This document shows, piece after piece, positions 60,370-64,000 of a stretch of DNA of 64,000 bases. Within the stretch, counting starts at the first letter, position 1; every line of letters starts with the position of its first letter. The stretch comes from Neophaeotheca triangularis. Its lineage: Eukaryota. Below the pieces are notes generated by a model. That model had not been told where the DNA came from and searched no databases. It worked only from the letters and a program-made list of their open reading frames with translations. Where the stretch lies: NCBI GenBank assembly GCA_054600435.1, contig BAAIJX010000024.1:1-64000 (forward strand), given 5' to 3'. Position numbers and translations under genes: made by a program.

Positions 60370-61575
60370 CTACGCTCCCAACAGCTGGCCCAAAGACCTC
60401 AGACGCTGCCTCATCGTGCCCGAGCCGCTGTAGTAGGAGTTCTCAGGAGACGAGGCAGGGTAGGCTGTCGGTGCCACTGGGACCACGAGGGCGGTGGAGG
60501 TTGGGATATCGGGGTTCGCGGAGGCGGTTGCGAGAGTGGTCATGGTTGTTGGGAGGAGGACTGGGATGGAGCTGGAGTAAATGCTGCCGGAGGGGACGAC
60601 GCCGGATGGGACGACGCCGGTCGGTGCGATGATGCCGGTGCTGAAGCCCGTGCCCGTGGGTCCGGCGGTTCCAGTTGGGTGCATGTAGGGGACGGTGCTG
60701 TTGCCGCCGTCGTAGAAGACTGGGGGTCCCGATGGGATGGGAGGGTAGGAAGTTGTGGCTGAAGAGGTGACGACGACTGGGGCGACGGAAACGTCGGTTT
60801 CGGAGGTTGGGGTACGGGTGACTGTGAGAGTCGAGGTGCAGGGCGTGGATGTCGAGTTTACTCCGGCGGGAGAGATAATGGTAGGTGCGTCGACTGAGGT
60901 GACGGCCGGGTTGCCGTATTCGGGTGGCGCTGGATATTGGGTCTCGATGGCTGGGGAGGTGGCTGAAGGTACGATGGGGTCCACGATCACCTCGGTTGCG
61001 AGGTCTTCCTCCAGAAAGGGCGTTGACGAGGAGCTGACCAGCTCAGCTGAAGAGGCGATCGATGTCTCCACAGGGACCGAAGAGGGCGGCGCAATTGTGC
61101 CGTATTCGAATGGCGTCTCCAGGCCGGTCGAGGTCGGGCCTTGAGAAAGGCTGTCGACTGAGGTGATGGTAGACGAGAGCGTCCACGAAGTGGGAGTGGT
61201 CGAGGAGCCGATATATATGATGGTCGGGACTGTGGTCGTTGGCTCGGGTGTGGTCAAGTCAACGGTGCCGTAGGCTGGCGGTGCTACTGGGGAGCTCGTC
61301 GTGGTGCAAGTCGTGTCTGTTGAAACGACAGCAGACGCCTCTGAAGAGACGGCTGTGATGGTGGTAGAAAGCGTCCACGACGTCGGTGTGGTGGAGGAAC
61401 CCACGAAGGATTCCATCGTGGACGTAGGCGTTGGGGTGTAGGTGACGCTGGCCGTGTAATCGACCTGGAAGTTGCCGAATGCAGACGGTTGGAGCAAAAT
61501 GTCCTCCGACTGTGGAATGGCAAGCGCATAGCTCGAGACGATGAGCGTCGAGGTGAACAGGACGGATGCAATCAT
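60370..61575 (-). CDS. Secreted S/T/P-rich (cell-wall/mucin-like) protein
   Basis: Signal peptide MIASVLFTSTLIVSSYALA. Repeated GSSTTPTSWTLS and (P/E)xYG motifs. Confidence 0.8.
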   Translation of the reverse strand: MIASVLFTSTLIVSSYALAIPQSEDILLQPSAFGNFQVDYTASVTYTPTPTSTMESFVGSSTTPTSWTLSTTITAVSSEASAVVSTDTTCTTTSSPVAPPAYGTVDLTTPEPTTTVPTIIYIGSSTTPTSWTLSSTITSVDSLSQGPTSTGLETPFEYGTIAPPSSVPVETSIASSAELVSSSSTPFLEEDLATEVIVDPIVPSATSPAIETQYPAPPEYGNPAVTSVDAPTIISPAGVNSTSTPCTSTLTVTRTPTSETDVSVAPVVVTSSATTSYPPIPSGPPVFYDGGNSTVPYMHPTGTAGPTGTGFSTGIIAPTGVVPSGVVPSGSIYSSSIPVLLPTTMTTLATASANPDIPTSTALVVPVAPTAYPASSPENSYYSGSGTMRQRLRSLGQLLGA

Positions 61576-63562
61576 CTTTGCGTGATTGAAAAAGGGTGTA
61601 GTCTGAGTGTTTATGGTGTCTAGACGAGCTCCGTTCAATGTTCGTCGTAAGCTGTGATATCTGATCGGGTCTGTGGGTCGTTTCGTGAAAAGTGTAGTGG
61701 GACGGCTCGGCCGTGTATAAGAAACGCGAATAGAATGTCAATCAAGTAACGAGTGTGGGGTCCTCACGGAGGAAAGAAGTAAGAACTAGGCTTGAAACCA
61801 ACGAAGTTGCAGCAGTATCGTAGTGGTGAACAGCAAAGGAATCAGAGGTAGAAGGAAGGGAAACGCTCACTTACATCAAAGAAGCGAGCCCAGCAACAAG
61901 CAGCAGGGGCAGCATCGGGGAAAGAAGTTAGATGCGGTCTGGCCAAGGTCCGGACTCACTGATCATCACGGGTGCCTATGCATGTAGCCTTGTCTTGTCA
62001 TCATTCAACCAATCTGGCGGAGGCGGCATAAGCCTGGGGTTGAGCCACGACGTCGCACGTTTTTTAAATGTGAGGTCCGTGTTGCAAAGAAGCGAGTAGA
62101 GGAATTCATCGGATTGGCGAGAGCTTTGACTCGGCTCCTCCGCCTGGGCGCTACGGAGGTAGACTCGTTGCGTTTCCAGAGGCACAATGTACTTACGGAT
62201 TCTTCACCCAGCAATCGGAAAGGTGAAAAGGCTTCCCGATCGCTATGCCAGTCACTTGGTCGAGATTTTTAGGCTTCTCGCGTCGGGCTGTCGTCTCGCT
62301 TCCACGAGGCTGCGAGAGCGTGTCTGTCCCGGCGTGCAGGAGACACAGCATACAGTATTATGGCGGGTACCCATGGAACGATTTGACGAGGCCGCATGGA
62401 TGGTGTCGTCCATGAGGAGATTGCGCAGTCTTTGTCCAGTCTCGTCAGTCTACGCATGATAACCGATTCTGATGAACGAATTTGCCGTTGATTGATAATG
62501 ATGGGTGATCTACAGTGGTAGAATTGCAGCAGACGGGGTCAGGGGTAGGTACTAGGTACTACTGGGTAGTAGGTAGGGGTGAGGTCGGTTTCGCCTTTAG
62601 TTTCAGTTGGCGGGCCGTCCCTTTACCTTATATACCTTGTGCCTACATATACATATATACTTTCCCGTGACCTCGGACTCTTGCTTTCTCTGTGCGGCGA
62701 GCCACGTGCAAGTCCGGTGGAACTTGAAAGGGGCCCCCGGGTGCATGCAGCATGATGACTTCAAGGCAATTATCTACCTTCTATCTACCTTACGCTTTCA
62801 CTCTTCTCGTGAAAGAAATGCATCCTGCAATCAACCTCGTGTTACCCTGACACTTTAACGCATTTCGTCCGAGGGTCCAGCTCGCACCAACCTCGGCTCC
62901 CCATCCACGTCGGGCGGCTGGAGTCTGGATGTAAAGCAATAAGTGGCTGTTCCTACTTGAAACATCATTGGCGTCCGCGTTGGCACCAATGCCTGTGCTA
63001 GGAGAAGCGCGCAGCCATGCAAAGGGGGGGGCGTTTGTCTTCCGCAACCAAAGTGTATCGTATCTCCAGGACCATGTCAGGGTCACGTCGAGAACTACAT
63101 GCTCCCCGAAAACGTTTCGTCATGGCATCCAGGCTATACCCGGGTATCGTTCCAACAACAGTACCTCGATTGCCTTTTGTAGCGTTTGCCGAGGCCACCA
63201 CGGGATTTTGAGACGCCCAAAGATATACATACGTCCTCGGTCGTCTCATTCAGCATTCAGTGACGCCTGCGTCGTCGGGGTCTGACAGCCTGCGTCGGAT
63301 CTATCAAAGCCTAAATAGCTCTCCAAGAATACGGTAGTGTTTTAGCAACCGAATTCAATGTTTTCTCCTTCTAGTTGCCTCACCAAGATTGGCGAATAGG
63401 TGATCTGCTTGGTCGCGAGCCTCAACATCTTTTGAGCTTGTTCAAGCCCGTCCGGGCTTTCCGCTGGTTCTTGTTGCCCATCCGGCAGAGCCTCGCAGCC
63501 CGAGATATGTCATATACTGAGGAATCGCAGGCAAAGCAACATCTCTGCAAGCCACCGCATGA

Positions 63563-64000
63563 TCACTGTTCCTTTTTGCCCCCGGTCCTGCCCTTACCAA
63601 CTGCTCCATTCAGCCTCGCGACCATATCTAACCCCATGAACACCGCTGCACCCAAGGGTATCAGCTCATGATCTAGATGCCATCCAAGGCAGAAAGGTAA
63701 ACTTACACAAAGCCAAATACGGCACATACAGCTTCCCCAACTCCAGCTTCTGCGCACTACTAATAGTCGTCCAACTCAAGTAGTCCGCAATACAAGTACT
63801 CGTTGTGACAGCAGTTTGAACGGCGAAAACCAGCAATTGAATCGAGAGCCTCGGGTCATCTAAATACACTACAGTCAGCTAGAACAAGTATGTCGGGCTC
63901 GCAAGGACGATCTCACCTCTCAACAATGCCCCCACAGCCCAAACGCTCACCGGCACATGGTAGAGCACTTCGAACCAGAGGTATAGGCCGAACCATGGTG
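63563..64000 (-). CDS. EXPERA-domain (TMEM97/EBP-like) membrane protein, 3' part only
   Basis: PWFGLYLWFEVLYHVP, QTAVTTSTCIADY, LYVPYLAL, MGLDMVARL across two introns. The 5' end is outside the window. Confidence 0.8.

Overview
Eukaryotic DNA from a filamentous ascomycete (probably Dothideomycete-like; this is an inference). It has short GT-AG introns with CTRAC-type branch points and about 30 protein genes. From ~5.4 kb onward it is mostly ordinary chromosome: Gfa, a GPR1/FUN34/YaaH transporter, ERG28, MET13, a TPI-like isomerase, a Yip1-family gene, two C2H2 factors, a GDSL/CE16 esterase, KRR1, an RS-type cyclophilin, queuine tRNA-ribosyltransferase, a MARVEL protein, an AcpS-type PPTase, MTR10, an epoxide hydrolase, an M3 oligopeptidase, RRP8, MSP1, thymidylate synthase, a secreted S/T-rich protein and a partial EXPERA gene. 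The first ~4.8 kb is different. It holds four genes I cannot assign to any family, arranged as two divergent pairs. Both shared promoters carry the same 24-26 bp dyad element (TCGATATC-N8-GATATCGA type). The block also has five recent tandem duplications, and runs of in-frame TAG/TAA stops of the RIP type in three gene tails. It is the best candidate for an undescribed mobile or selfish cassette, and it may continue left of the window. Smaller hidden signals include a CUG-initiated targeting extension on the M3 peptidase, uORFs in the MET13 leader, an 80-aa spliced PPxY membrane microprotein, a 10-nt catalytic micro-exon and an oversized first intron in the TGT gene, and a nucleotide-kinase pseudogene. 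No database searches were run. Family calls come from recognised motifs, and exon models were read by eye.
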